A DNA stretch of 64,000 nucleotides from an uncultured Candidatus Binatia bacterium (GTDB lineage: Bacteria > Desulfobacterota > Binatia > Bin18), in the NCBI GenBank assembly GCA_965200965.1, contig OZ241744.1, positions 1,664,001-1,728,000 of the forward strand. The letters are read 5' to 3'. The translations under genes and the position numbers were made by a program. Below, in pieces: positions 1-9,764 of the stretch (its first letter is position 1; each line of letters begins with the position of its first letter). The notes beneath the pieces are model-generated. The model was given only the letters and a program-made list of their open reading frames with translations, searched no databases and had not been told where the DNA came from.

Positions 1-1
1 C

Positions 2-2005
2 GGCCTGCCGCTGACCGAGGCCGGCTTTGCCAACCTGAGCTTTGAGTTCACCAACTCCGACTCCACCAACCGCAGCGTCCAGCGCGACGACGCGCGCCGC
101 ATGATTGACAACGGCAACGACTACATCCGCACGTCTCCTGTTCAGGTCTGGGGCGCACCGGACATCCACTACGACTACAAGTTCTTCGGCAACCTTGGCC
201 TTGACCTCGGCAATGCCCACCACGCCTACGCCTTCGGCAACTGGGCCGAGCGCGAGATTGCGGACTCGTGGTACTGGCGCAGTCCGGTCTCGCGCCCGGG
301 CGTGTTCACCACGGCCTGGGGCGGGGCCGACAACGAGATACTGATCGCCGATCTGTCACCCGACGGCCGGTCCGGTGCCTGTCCCACCATTCTCGCCAGC
401 GACTACGCACAACGCGGCCCAGCCGCCCTAACCCCACTACAGGGCAACACCGACTGCTATGCACTGACCCAGACATTTCCGGGCGGCTTCACCCCCCGGC
501 TGCGGGCCAAGGGACAAGACTGGAGCATCGCCTTTGGCCTGCGTGGCACCCTGCGCAGCACCGCCGCCCTGCTTGACGGCTGGCACTACGACGCGAGCGC
601 GGTCTTTGGCCAACACCGCGGGACCTATAGCTTCTGGAACAACGTCAATCCTCAGATGCTCCGGCTCGGTGCAATCATCCCGACACGCGCCTTCGTCCGC
701 GCCTACACGGAACGCGACAAGATTTTCAACCTCGACCTGTCGCGGCCGTTTGAGATCGGCCTGCTCGCCTCCCCGCTGAACGTGGCGGTCGGCCTGGAAT
801 ACCGTGAGGAGGAGTTTGAAATCGAAGCCGGAGAGCCGCGCGCCTGGTGTATTGACGACGCCGGCGAATGCGGCGGGGAGCGGCCTCTGTACGGCCTCGC
901 GCGGCAGGGATTCGGCATCGGCACGACGGGCTACCCCGGCATCCGGCCCGAGGAGACTTCGACAGCCAACCGGGGCAGCTTCGGGGCCTATCTCGACCTG
1001 GAAGCCGACATTATCGAGCAGGTCCTGGTGAACGCCGCGGGCCGGTTCGAGCATCACGAAGGCATCGGCGAATCCCTGGACGGCAAGCTGGCCGCCCGCT
1101 GGGAACTGCTCGCCGGCCTGCTGGCCGTGCGCGGCTCCCTCGGCACCGGCTTTCGCGCCCCGACCGTAGGACAGGCCAGCTACCGGGACACCACCACCAT
1201 CCTCGGCGACGACGGCAATCTCGTTGAATCCTCGATCCTGCCCACCGACGACCCGATCGCCCGCCACAAAGGTGCCAAGCCGCTCAGCCCGGAGACCTCC
1301 CTGTCCTTTTCGGTAGGTGCCGCGCTGACCCTCGGCGATCTATCCCTTACCCTGGACTACTACAACATCGAGCTCAGAAACCGCATCGGGCTCGGTGAGG
1401 ACTTGGCCGTCAGCCCCGAGGATGTTGCCGCGCTGGCGGCCCGGGGGGTTGACGCCAGTCGGGTGGCCAGGGTGCAGTTCTTTGCCAACGCGTTTGAAAC
1501 CTACACCCAAGGCATTGATCTGGTGGCCAGCTATCCCCTGAACCTGTTCCGCGGCCGCTTTGGTCGGACCGTGTGGACCCTGGTCGGCAACTGGAACGAC
1601 ACCAAGATCAACCTTGACTCAATCGATACCAATGTCATCGGCTCACTGCGCAAACACCAGCTCGAAGAACTGGAGCCGGAGTTCCGCTTCTCGCTGACCG
1701 CAGACCACACTTGGCGCGCTTGGCGGCTCCTCTCCCGGCTGCACTACTACGACGACTTCACCGAGCGGCATCAGAATAACGACGCCCAGCCCATCTATGC
1801 CCACGCCCGGGTCCTGCTCGACCTGGAAGTCTCGTACCCCGTGTTCGATCTCGGCCTGACGCTGGCCGCCGGCGCGCACAACCTGCTCAATACCTACCCG
1901 ACCAGAAACCCCTACTCCCGCGCCTACGGCCAGAAATACCCCAACACCTCGCCCTACGGCTACAACGGCGGCTTCTACTATCTGCGGGCCAGCTTCGAGT
2001 GGTGA
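2..2005 (+). CDS. TonB-dependent outer-membrane receptor, 5' end outside window
   Basis: Frame open from base 2; GTGFRAPT, LSPETS and YYNIEL motifs, alternating beta-strand pattern, aromatic C-terminus (YLRASFEW). Confidence 0.9.
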   Translation, partial: GLPLTEAGFANLSFEFTNSDSTNRSVQRDDARRMIDNGNDYIRTSPVQVWGAPDIHYDYKFFGNLGLDLGNAHHAYAFGNWAEREIADSWYWRSPVSRPGVFTTAWGGADNEILIADLSPDGRSGACPTILASDYAQRGPAALTPLQGNTDCYALTQTFPGGFTPRLRAKGQDWSIAFGLRGTLRSTAALLDGWHYDASAVFGQHRGTYSFWNNVNPQMLRLGAIIPTRAFVRAYTERDKIFNLDLSRPFEIGLLASPLNVAVGLEYREEEFEIEAGEPRAWCIDDAGECGGERPLYGLARQGFGIGTTGYPGIRPEETSTANRGSFGAYLDLEADIIEQVLVNAAGRFEHHEGIGESLDGKLAARWELLAGLLAVRGSLGTGFRAPTVGQASYRDTTTILGDDGNLVESSILPTDDPIARHKGAKPLSPETSLSFSVGAALTLGDLSLTLDYYNIELRNRIGLGEDLAVSPEDVAALAARGVDASRVARVQFFANAFETYTQGIDLVASYPLNLFRGRFGRTVWTLVGNWNDTKINLDSIDTNVIGSLRKHQLEELEPEFRFSLTADHTWRAWRLLSRLHYYDDFTERHQNNDAQPIYAHARVLLDLEVSYPVFDLGLTLAAGAHNLLNTYPTRNPYSRAYGQKYPNTSPYGYNGGFYYLRASFEW

Positions 2006-2084
2006 GACAGGCCGGCACACGCGATGGGACGCAGAGCGAGACATGCCCCGACGACGCGATCATTACACGCACTCATCCTGGTCT

Positions 2085-2500
2085 TCAGATATGATGGCGG
2101 CGTACATACGGAGGATTACAGTTCAACAGGTTAAACTTTTCGGATTCCCCCGGTGATTAAGCCAGGGTGAAGTCCTCAAAACGAAGGTCCAGGCCGGTCT
2201 CTCTCCACAACTCCACCGCCGCAGGAGCGTAATGCGGGTCAATTTCATAGCCGACAGCGCGCTTGACGCGATTCTTTGGAAATACTCTCAGTAACGCTGA
2301 ATAAAACGAGCCGGTTCCGATCGCTGGATCAGTGAAGCGAACGGTTTTCCTCTCCCCTCCTAGATGCTCCTTCGCATATCGAAGAACATCAAGGGCAAGC
2401 CCGGTCAGCGTTGCGAACTGGCCCAGCCGATTCCGTTCCGCCTGTCCCTTATCAGCATCAAGTCTGGCTTGCAGCCTCAGACGCCTCTTCTCCAATTGTA
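2085..2500 (-). pseudogene. N6-adenine DNA methyltransferase fragment (XamI-type partner)
   Basis: RNRLGQFAT and motif I DPAIGTG; in-frame TAA at 2157-2159 followed by FNLLNCNPPYVRRHH (motif IV NPPY); no start codon and no C-terminal part. Confidence 0.8.
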
Positions 2501-2509
2501 CCCCTTCCT

Positions 2510-3426
2510 TTACACCCCCAAACTCCGCCAAGTCCTCAGATTCGGTGTTTCCACACCCAGTCAATGCCTTCCGCAGCCTCATAGCCAAGATCGCCGCTGT
2601 CAGAATAGCCGCACAGGAACAGAATAAATTGTACATCCGTCCCGTAGGTTCGGCGCAGCTGATTCGTCTTCGTCGCCTCTTCCTTACGCCGTTTATTGAC
2701 GTTCGTGAAATCTCCCGCCGACTTCGCTTCAACAAGCAACGGAAACTCTCCTGCCCTAGCGTTCTTCGGCAAGATAACCGTGTCTATGGGAACGTTGATC
2801 GACCTATCGGCTCCTTCCGTCTCAACCGAAACATTCAGACGAAACGAGAATGACCCCGGCCTCATGTCCGTATATTTTACGCCCCCTCCGGTGGGGAGAC
2901 GCTGGTAGCCTCTGGCTGTCAGCCAGTCACCAATGGCGTTGATCTGATGTTTCTCCCAGGCGTTCCGAATGATCGGGCTCGCTACCGCGCCACACAGACG
3001 ATCAGCCACAATTGTCGCCGCCCGGTACATCTCCTGCTCCGATGGCGGGGTATTACGTTTCAGCCAGACGAAGATATCAGGGTCCCTCATCTTTTCGAGG
3101 GTCTTCCCGATCTTCACAAGATCGCTGTTCAGGTCCGCTTGGGGCATACGAGTCGGCAACTTACCCTGCTTGTCCATGACCTTGACCAAATTCGCTGAGA
3201 CGCCGGTGATCCCGATCAGTCTGTCCACCGCCAGCGGCAGACAGGTGGACATCCGCAATGTGGGTAGGGCAGCAGGATTCGCCTTCAGCGAGTCTGCTCC
3301 GATGTTGGTCAGGTTCCTTGTCGCTTTCAGCGTCGATTCGATATCCTTTGTTGTCTGCACCCGGCTCGCCCGGTAAGCCTCTGGCGCAAACTGCATGAAC
3401 CAGTCGTTGTACATATCGACCGGTTG
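2510..3426 (-). pseudogene. XamI-family type II restriction endonuclease, decayed
   Basis: ORF 2536-3414 with VDMYNDWF, EAKSAGDFTNVNKRRKEE and YEAAEGIDWVW; N-terminus apparently missing; +1 shift separates HRI from EDLAEFG. Confidence 0.75.
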
Positions 3427-3492
3427 GGAATGATGTGGGCCTATCCGGGCAGCATCCCTGTTGGGGCCTGGAGTTTCCTGCGTGTCTCGCCC

Positions 3493-4539
3493 TCACTTGA
3501 TGTGCGGCAGAACATAGCTGCCAAACCGATCCAGCGAGTCCAGAATCTGCTGCCGGGGCAGACCGCCAAAGTCGGCCAGCAGACTCACATTGGTAATGCC
3601 CGCGGCTTCAATCTGTTGAATGCGCTGGACGCACTGCTCTGGATCGCCAAAGATGACCCGCTGGGGATAGAGATAACTGTCGTAGTCCATTGCCCGAAAG
3701 CCTTGGCGCAGGTTTTTGTAGGCGGTGTACTGCCCGGAGTAGGCCGCCTCGGGGTTGGACGCCTGGACCGATTCAAGGTAGCGCAGCATGGCCGCCCGCG
3801 GCTCGAGTTTGGCTTGTTCTGGCGTTTTACCACAGTAGAAATGGTACACCCCCAGGACCTCGGCGTCGTCTGGGTAGCCGTGGGCAGTGCGCGTCTCCCG
3901 GAACAGCTTGATCCTGCCAATCAGGGCTTCGGGTTGGGCCGCGGCGTAGGGCACGACCATAAGGTGGTAGCCCTGTCTGCCGGTCCAGGCAAAAGACTCT
4001 GGGGTGAAGATACACGCTACATAGACGGGGGGCAGTTTCTGGACCGGCTTGGGCAGGACTTGCAGATTCGTGACCGTGCGGAACCTGCCCTGGTAGGAAA
4101 AACGGGCTTCGGTCCAGGCCTTCATAATAATGTCGTGGGCCTCCTCAAACAGCAGTCGACTATCGCCCATGTTGCGCTCAAAGGCGTCAAACTCTACTTT
4201 CTGGAAGCCGCGGCCAATCCCAAACTCCAGCCGCCCGCCCGACAGGCAGTCGAGCATGGCAAACTCCTCGGCAAGCCGAATCGGGTCTTGGAGTGTCAGC
4301 AGCGCAATGCCGGAGCCTATGCGGATATTCTTGGTCCGCTGGGCCACGGCCGCGCCCAGGACCGGCACTGACGGGATATGGCCGCCGTAGTGGTAAAAAT
4401 GGTGCTCGGCAAACCATACCGAATGAAACCCGTACTCCTCGGCCTTGTCTGTCTCCAGCAGTATGTTCTGGTAGAATTCGTACTCGCTGGCGTGAAACTC
4501 GGGAAAAAAGCTGGGTAAATGAAACAGTGAGATCTTCAT
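3493..4539 (-). CDS. LLM-class (luciferase-like) flavin-dependent monooxygenase
   Basis: VWFAEHHF, RLAEEFAMLDCLSGGRLEFGIGRG, PKPVQ; ATGA overlap with hisC. Confidence 0.92.
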   Translation of the reverse strand: MKISLFHLPSFFPEFHASEYEFYQNILLETDKAEEYGFHSVWFAEHHFYHYGGHIPSVPVLGAAVAQRTKNIRIGSGIALLTLQDPIRLAEEFAMLDCLSGGRLEFGIGRGFQKVEFDAFERNMGDSRLLFEEAHDIIMKAWTEARFSYQGRFRTVTNLQVLPKPVQKLPPVYVACIFTPESFAWTGRQGYHLMVVPYAAAQPEALIGRIKLFRETRTAHGYPDDAEVLGVYHFYCGKTPEQAKLEPRAAMLRYLESVQASNPEAAYSGQYTAYKNLRQGFRAMDYDSYLYPQRVIFGDPEQCVQRIQQIEAAGITNVSLLADFGGLPRQQILDSLDRFGSYVLPHIK

Positions 4540-5681
4540 CGGGGGTCCCTATGTCCGGGCCGCTCCTCGTCGGCCCCGGTCTGGGCCAGAAACTGGCGTA
4601 TGGCGGCGAGCAGCTGATCTATCTCCTCATCGCTGCCAATTGAGATCCGTACCCAGTCGCTCAACTCGGGTGCGGAAAAATAGCGGACCAGAATCCGCCG
4701 GGCTTTCAACCACTCGTACAGCCCCCGCTGGCTGACGCCGGGCCGACGGGCTACAACAAAGTTCGCCTGCGAGGGGGAGACCTGATAGCCGAGCTCGTGG
4801 AGAGCTACACCCAGCCGTGCGCGCGTGGCCCGGATTCTGGCCACATTGGTCTGCATCCAGTCAGCGTCTTCAAGGGCCGCCACCGCAGCCACCATGCTCA
4901 GGCGGTTCATATTATACGAATCCTTGACCTTCAGCAGTTCGCCGAGCAGATCGGGGTGGCCAAATGCCAGGCCGACCCGCATCCCGGCCAGAGAAAAAGA
5001 CTTGGACAGGGTGCGTAAGATCACTACCTGGGGATAGCGGGCGATAAGCGGCAGCGCGGTCTGTTGGGCAAAATCCACATACGCCTCGTCAATAACAAGC
5101 AGACCCGAGGTCTGCCGGGCCAGGGCTTCGAGCTGCTCCAGAGGTGGGCAATTGCCAAACGGTGGGTTGGGGTTGGCGACAAAGACGAGCTTGGCCCGGC
5201 TCTCGGCGAGCCGCTGTACTGGCAGGGAAAAATCCTCCGGCCAGGGCACAGGCACGGCCCGGCCGTCCTGCATGGCCACCAGAATGTCGTACAGGCTGTA
5301 GCTCGGGACCGGATAGGCGACCCGGTCACCCGGGTCAATGCAGGTCCGCATCAGCATGGTCAGAAGCTCGTCCGATCCGTTGCCGACCAGGACCTGCTCC
5401 GGCTCCAGGCCGTACACTTCGGCCGCTTTGGCACGCACCTCTTCGGCGTCAGGGCTCGGATAGACGCGCAAGGTCTGTGGGCCGGATGTGCTCTCACCGT
5501 CTGGCCCACAGCCGACCGCCCGCCGGAGGGCGCGCAGGACGCGAGGCGAGGGCGGATAGGGATTTTCGTTGGAGTTGAGCTTGATGTAGCGGTCGAGCTG
5601 CCGCGGCTGCTCGCCGGGCACATAGCCGGCCATGCGGCGCACGGCCGGCCGCACAAGCCCGAAACGGGAAAACGGCTTCAT
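4536..5681 (-). CDS. hisC: Histidinol-phosphate aminotransferase
   Basis: KLNSNENPY, GNGSDE, IDEAYVDF, RTLSKSFSLAGMRVG (PLP lysine motif). Confidence 0.95.
   Translation of the reverse strand: MKPFSRFGLVRPAVRRMAGYVPGEQPRQLDRYIKLNSNENPYPPSPRVLRALRRAVGCGPDGESTSGPQTLRVYPSPDAEEVRAKAAEVYGLEPEQVLVGNGSDELLTMLMRTCIDPGDRVAYPVPSYSLYDILVAMQDGRAVPVPWPEDFSLPVQRLAESRAKLVFVANPNPPFGNCPPLEQLEALARQTSGLLVIDEAYVDFAQQTALPLIARYPQVVILRTLSKSFSLAGMRVGLAFGHPDLLGELLKVKDSYNMNRLSMVAAVAALEDADWMQTNVARIRATRARLGVALHELGYQVSPSQANFVVARRPGVSQRGLYEWLKARRILVRYFSAPELSDWVRISIGSDEEIDQLLAAIRQFLAQTGADEERPGHRDPR
5475..5511. repeat. REP-like palindrome inside hisC
   Basis: CTGTGGGCCGGATGTG-CTCT-CACCGTCTGGCCCACAG forms a near-perfect hairpin and coincides with extra residues GCGPDGESTSGPQ. 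Confidence 0.7.
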
Positions 5682-5802
5682 CGCTCCTTCCTATATCCGA
5701 CTTCCAGGGATGAGAGAAGAGACATGGCCGGCGAGTTGACCCACACAGGCCCATTTGCTACTCAGAGAGGTGGTAGAGAGAGACACAAAGGAGGAGAGAT
5801 CA

Positions 5803-6588
5803 TTGGCAAACTGGACCGAAACAACGGTCAATGTCGGCGGGACCGGCGTTGTACTCATCAGAGGTGGCTCTGGCAAACCTCTTTTTATGTTGCACGACGA
5901 ACTCGGCTTTCCCGGCTGGGTCACATGGAATGAGGCCCTGGCCGAGGATCACGAATTTTTTATTCCTCTCCAGCCCGGCTGTGGCAAGACCCCGCGCGTG
6001 GACTGGATACGCAACTACCGCGACCTGGGCGGTTTTTACGCCCGTATGATCCGGGAAATGGGCCTGGACCCGGTCAATATCATTGCCTTTTCCGCGGGGG
6101 GCTATGCCGCGGCCGAGATGGCCGCGGCCGACCCCGGCATGTTCAGGCACCTGGTCCTGGTCGCACCAATGGGCATCAAGCCCGAAGAGGGCGAAATCGC
6201 TGACATTTTTCCCCTGACCATCCGCACCCACATGCGGGCCACGGTGGCCGATATCAACACGCCCGAGTTTGGCGACATCTATGGCGGCGAAATGACCCCG
6301 GAGCAGTTCGAAGCGTTTGAGGACGCCCGGGCCGAGGCTGCCCGGATCGGCTGGGAGCCGTATATGCACAACCCCAGCCTGCCCTATCTGCTGGAAGGGG
6401 CCAAGGGCTTGTCCGCCCTTCTGGTGTGGGGCAGTGCCGACGCCATCGTGCCCAAAGGCTGTATTGATTCCTATAAGGGAGCCGTCGCCAACGCGCAGGT
6501 GGCCACCATTGAGGGGGTGGGCCATCGACCGGAAATTGAGCACTCGGCCGAGTTTGTCCGGGTCGTCCGGGACTATCTGGCGTCATAG
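5803..6588 (+). CDS. Alpha/beta hydrolase
   Basis: TTG start after AGGAGG; nucleophile elbow AFSAGG, WGSADAIVP, GHRPE. Confidence 0.88.
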   Translation: MANWTETTVNVGGTGVVLIRGGSGKPLFMLHDELGFPGWVTWNEALAEDHEFFIPLQPGCGKTPRVDWIRNYRDLGGFYARMIREMGLDPVNIIAFSAGGYAAAEMAAADPGMFRHLVLVAPMGIKPEEGEIADIFPLTIRTHMRATVADINTPEFGDIYGGEMTPEQFEAFEDARAEAARIGWEPYMHNPSLPYLLEGAKGLSALLVWGSADAIVPKGCIDSYKGAVANAQVATIEGVGHRPEIEHSAEFVRVVRDYLAS

Positions 6589-6611
6589 ACCAGCGAGGCC
6601 AGGAGGAAGCC

Positions 6612-7943
6612 ATGAAACTCGCCTATTTCACCGAGCGGCCCTACCGCTGGCTTGATGAGGACGAGGTCCTCAAAAACAAAGCCTTTTTCGCCCTGTCGAA
6701 TCAACATTTCGACCACCACAAAGCTGCCGACGACTACAACTATTTCCTGGACGAATACTGCTACGCCGAGGAACTGGGCTTTGACGCGGTGGCCCTCAAC
6801 GAGCACCACGGCAACCCCTTCTGTATGGGCAGCGTGATGAATGTCGAGGCGTCCATCTTGGCCCGCATCACCAGCAAGGTCAAAATCGTCCTCATCGGCA
6901 ACCCCCTGCCAGTCATCAAACACCCGCTGCGCATGGCCGAGGAACTGGCCGAGATTGACCTGATCTCGCGCGGGCGGCTGGTAACGGGCTGGGTGCGCGG
7001 GGCCGGCAGCGAGCAGTTTTTCAACAATGCCAATCCGGCCTACAACCGGGAGATGTTCAACGAGGCCCACGACTTCATCGTTCAGGCCTGGACCAGACCC
7101 GGCCCGTGGCGCTACGAGGGCAAACACTTCCACTACCGCCACGTCAACCCCTGGGCCCTGCCCTACCAGAAGCCTCACCCGCCGATGTGGATTCCGGGCG
7201 TCCTGAGCCCGGAGACCGTGCTCTGGTGCGCCCAGCATCGCTATCCCTACATCGGCCTTGGTACCGCGCTCGGCCCGACCTGTGACCTGTGGGACATCTA
7301 TGCCGACGAGGCGGCCAAGCTCGGCTACCAAGCCGGTCCAGAAAACTTTGGCTATCTGATCCCCAGCTTTGTGGCCGAAACCGACGAAAAAGCCCAAGAG
7401 TTGGGCAGGAATTTTGTGTACGGCGGCGGACAAAACGCCTTTTCGCGGCCCGAACATACCCTGCCGCCCGGCTATAACTCCAAAGGCGCAATCAAGATGC
7501 TGGCCCGCCACCCGGGCGGCAGCTGGCTGGGGGTGAACCCCGACAAGCTGCGGGAGGCCAAGGACGGCGAACTGCGGCCGGAGACCGATTACGGCGTGGT
7601 CCGCAAAAAGCTCCTGTCCGGCTACCAGAAGGTGCAGAACAACCACCAGCTCATCATCGGCTCGCCCAAAACCGTACTCCCCAAGCTGAAACTCCTGCTC
7701 CAGATCCTGCGACCGGGCGTGTTTGTGTTCTTCAACATCCAGGGCAAGGTCAGCAACGAAGACCGGCTGACCAGCATGCGGCTGATCGCCAATGAGGTCA
7801 TGCCCGAGCTGCGGGAATATGCCAAAGAGATTGACCTGCCCGATTCATACCAGCGTACCCCCGGCTCGGTCGCTCTCCAGACCGGGGTGTCACCGGCCCC
7901 GGTGGCCGACCGAGGGCCGCTGGAGGAGCTGGCTTTGCGCTGA
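6612..7943 (+). CDS. LLM-class flavin-dependent monooxygenase
   Basis: LNEHH, RMAEELAEIDLISRGRLVTGWVRG, QKPHPPMW; RBS AGGAGG. Confidence 0.92.
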   Translation: MKLAYFTERPYRWLDEDEVLKNKAFFALSNQHFDHHKAADDYNYFLDEYCYAEELGFDAVALNEHHGNPFCMGSVMNVEASILARITSKVKIVLIGNPLPVIKHPLRMAEELAEIDLISRGRLVTGWVRGAGSEQFFNNANPAYNREMFNEAHDFIVQAWTRPGPWRYEGKHFHYRHVNPWALPYQKPHPPMWIPGVLSPETVLWCAQHRYPYIGLGTALGPTCDLWDIYADEAAKLGYQAGPENFGYLIPSFVAETDEKAQELGRNFVYGGGQNAFSRPEHTLPPGYNSKGAIKMLARHPGGSWLGVNPDKLREAKDGELRPETDYGVVRKKLLSGYQKVQNNHQLIIGSPKTVLPKLKLLLQILRPGVFVFFNIQGKVSNEDRLTSMRLIANEVMPELREYAKEIDLPDSYQRTPGSVALQTGVSPAPVADRGPLEELALR

Positions 7944-7986
7944 CCCCGGCGCGTGATCGAGTGGCGGTGAATGTGGAGGAGGAATC

Positions 7987-9690
7987 ATGCAGTCGGTGGA
8001 TATGCGGCGGGGCGTTCTCGCCGCCCTGCTTGGAATCGTATTCGTCCTGCTGCCCGGCGCGCTCCAGGCCGGGCAGCCACCCTCACCCTTTCCCTATCCG
8101 CCCGCCCTCAAACCCCAGGTCGAGTTCTGGAAGCGGGTGTTCACCAGTTCCAAACAGACGGTTCTTTTGCACGACAGCGTCCACATGCTGGTCTACAAGG
8201 AGCTGGACCTGCGCCCCCTGTACCAGAAATACGCAGACAGGCCAAACACTCTCGCCCGTCTCAGAAAAAAGCGCATCGGGCGTGAACTCAAAGCCATCCG
8301 GGCGAGCCTGCGCAAGCTGCACCGCTCGGCCAAGAGCGCCCGACTGAGCGTGCAAGAACAGCGCATCCGGCGACTGTTCAGCGCCGTCAGCGGGTCCAAC
8401 AAGTTTCGTCACGCCGCGGCCGAGGGCCGGGTTCGGGCGCAGACCGGCATCAGAGAAAAATTTCACCGCGGCCTTGAGATATCGGGCCGCTATATGGACG
8501 AGATGGAAGCCATCTTCCAGCGCGCCGGCCTGCCGACCGAACTGACCCGGCTGCCGCTGATCGAATCTACGTTCAACATCCGCGCCTACTCCAGAGTCGG
8601 GGCCGCGGGGGTGTGGCAGTTCATGCCCGTGACCGGACGGCAGTTCATGCGGATCGATGGACTGATTGACGAGCGTCGCGACCCGCTCATCTCGGCCCAG
8701 GCTGCGGCCAAGCTGCTCAAAGCGAACTATGCAAGACTTGGCACCTGGCCGCTGGCCATTACCGCCTATAACCACGGGCCAGCCGGCATGGCCAGAGCGG
8801 TCAGGCAGGTCGGCAGCACCGATATTGTCCGTATCATCCGTTCCTATAAGAGCCGCACCTTCGGTTTTGCCTCGCGCAACTTCTACGCCGAGTTTCTAGC
8901 CGCGGTCGAAGTGGAAAAAAACGCGGCCGACTACTTCGACACCCTCAAGCATGAGGCACCCCTCCGCTATGACGAAGTGGCCCTGGACCGCTATCTGTCG
9001 CTGGGGCTGGCGGCGCGCTGCGCCAGCATTTCACCCGAGCGGCTGCTTGACTTCAACCCGGCCCTCGGCCGGGCCATCCGCCAAGGCCGGCGCTCCATCC
9101 CCCGCGGCTACCGCCTGCGTATCCCGGACGGCATGGCGGCGCATTTCCGCCGCCAGTACGCAGCCCTGGAGACCAATACACACACCGTCCAGCCCGGCCA
9201 GAACCTTGCCCTCATCGCCCAACACCACGGGACCAGCGTCAGGACGCTGCAACAGATCAACAACATCCGCAATGCCAACTTCATCCGGGTCGGCCAGCGC
9301 CTCCTGCTGCCCCAGCCCAAGGGGACGACCGCCCTTGCCCAGGTGCCCGTTGCCCCGGCCCGCCAAGCTCAGGCCAAATCCGCCCGTTCAGCATACGCCC
9401 ATACGGTTCGCCGCGGTCAGACCCTCGGGGCCATTGCCCGCCGCTACCGAACGAGCGTCACCACGCTCAAAGAACTCAACGGCATCAAGCGGGTGAACAC
9501 CATCTACCCCGGCCAGCAACTCCGCCTGCCCGGCGGCTACACCACACACACAGTCCAACGCGGTCAGACCCTCGGGGCCATTGCCCGCCGCTACCGAACG
9601 AGCGTTACCACGCTCAAACGCCTGAACGGGATCAGGAACCCCCGCTTATTGCGGATCGGTCAGACCTTGCGCGTACCCCTGAGTTATTGA
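7987..9690 (+). CDS. MltD-like lytic transglycosylase with three LysM domains
   Basis: LPLIES, GAAGVWQFMP, DERRDP, AITAYNHG; three HTVxxGxxL LysM repeats. Confidence 0.92.
   Translation: MQSVDMRRGVLAALLGIVFVLLPGALQAGQPPSPFPYPPALKPQVEFWKRVFTSSKQTVLLHDSVHMLVYKELDLRPLYQKYADRPNTLARLRKKRIGRELKAIRASLRKLHRSAKSARLSVQEQRIRRLFSAVSGSNKFRHAAAEGRVRAQTGIREKFHRGLEISGRYMDEMEAIFQRAGLPTELTRLPLIESTFNIRAYSRVGAAGVWQFMPVTGRQFMRIDGLIDERRDPLISAQAAAKLLKANYARLGTWPLAITAYNHGPAGMARAVRQVGSTDIVRIIRSYKSRTFGFASRNFYAEFLAAVEVEKNAADYFDTLKHEAPLRYDEVALDRYLSLGLAARCASISPERLLDFNPALGRAIRQGRRSIPRGYRLRIPDGMAAHFRRQYAALETNTHTVQPGQNLALIAQHHGTSVRTLQQINNIRNANFIRVGQRLLLPQPKGTTALAQVPVAPARQAQAKSARSAYAHTVRRGQTLGAIARRYRTSVTTLKELNGIKRVNTIYPGQQLRLPGGYTTHTVQRGQTLGAIARRYRTSVTTLKRLNGIRNPRLLRIGQTLRVPLSY
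9412..9618 (+). repeat. 60-bp direct repeat in LysM2 and LysM3 (9412-9471, 9559-9618)
   Basis: 59 of 60 bases identical, offset 147 bp. Confidence 0.9.
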
Positions 9691-9764
9691 CGCGCTCTCG
9701 TCCCGCCCCGACCCGCAAAGGGCATTCCCCCGCTTTTCTGGCTGTGCTATGGCCTCTGGCACAA

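Noticed and set aside
2536-2538. TGA in the XamI-like gene as possible selenocysteine readthrough, given selA/selC
   Set aside because: The expected continuation (EDLAEFG) is in another frame, so this is a frameshift and not recoding.
5476-5488. Resemblance between the hisC palindrome (TGTGGGCCGGATG) and the variant CRISPR repeat (TGTGGGCTGGGTG)
   Set aside because: An 11/13 match in GC-rich DNA with a different arm arrangement; not enough to claim common origin.
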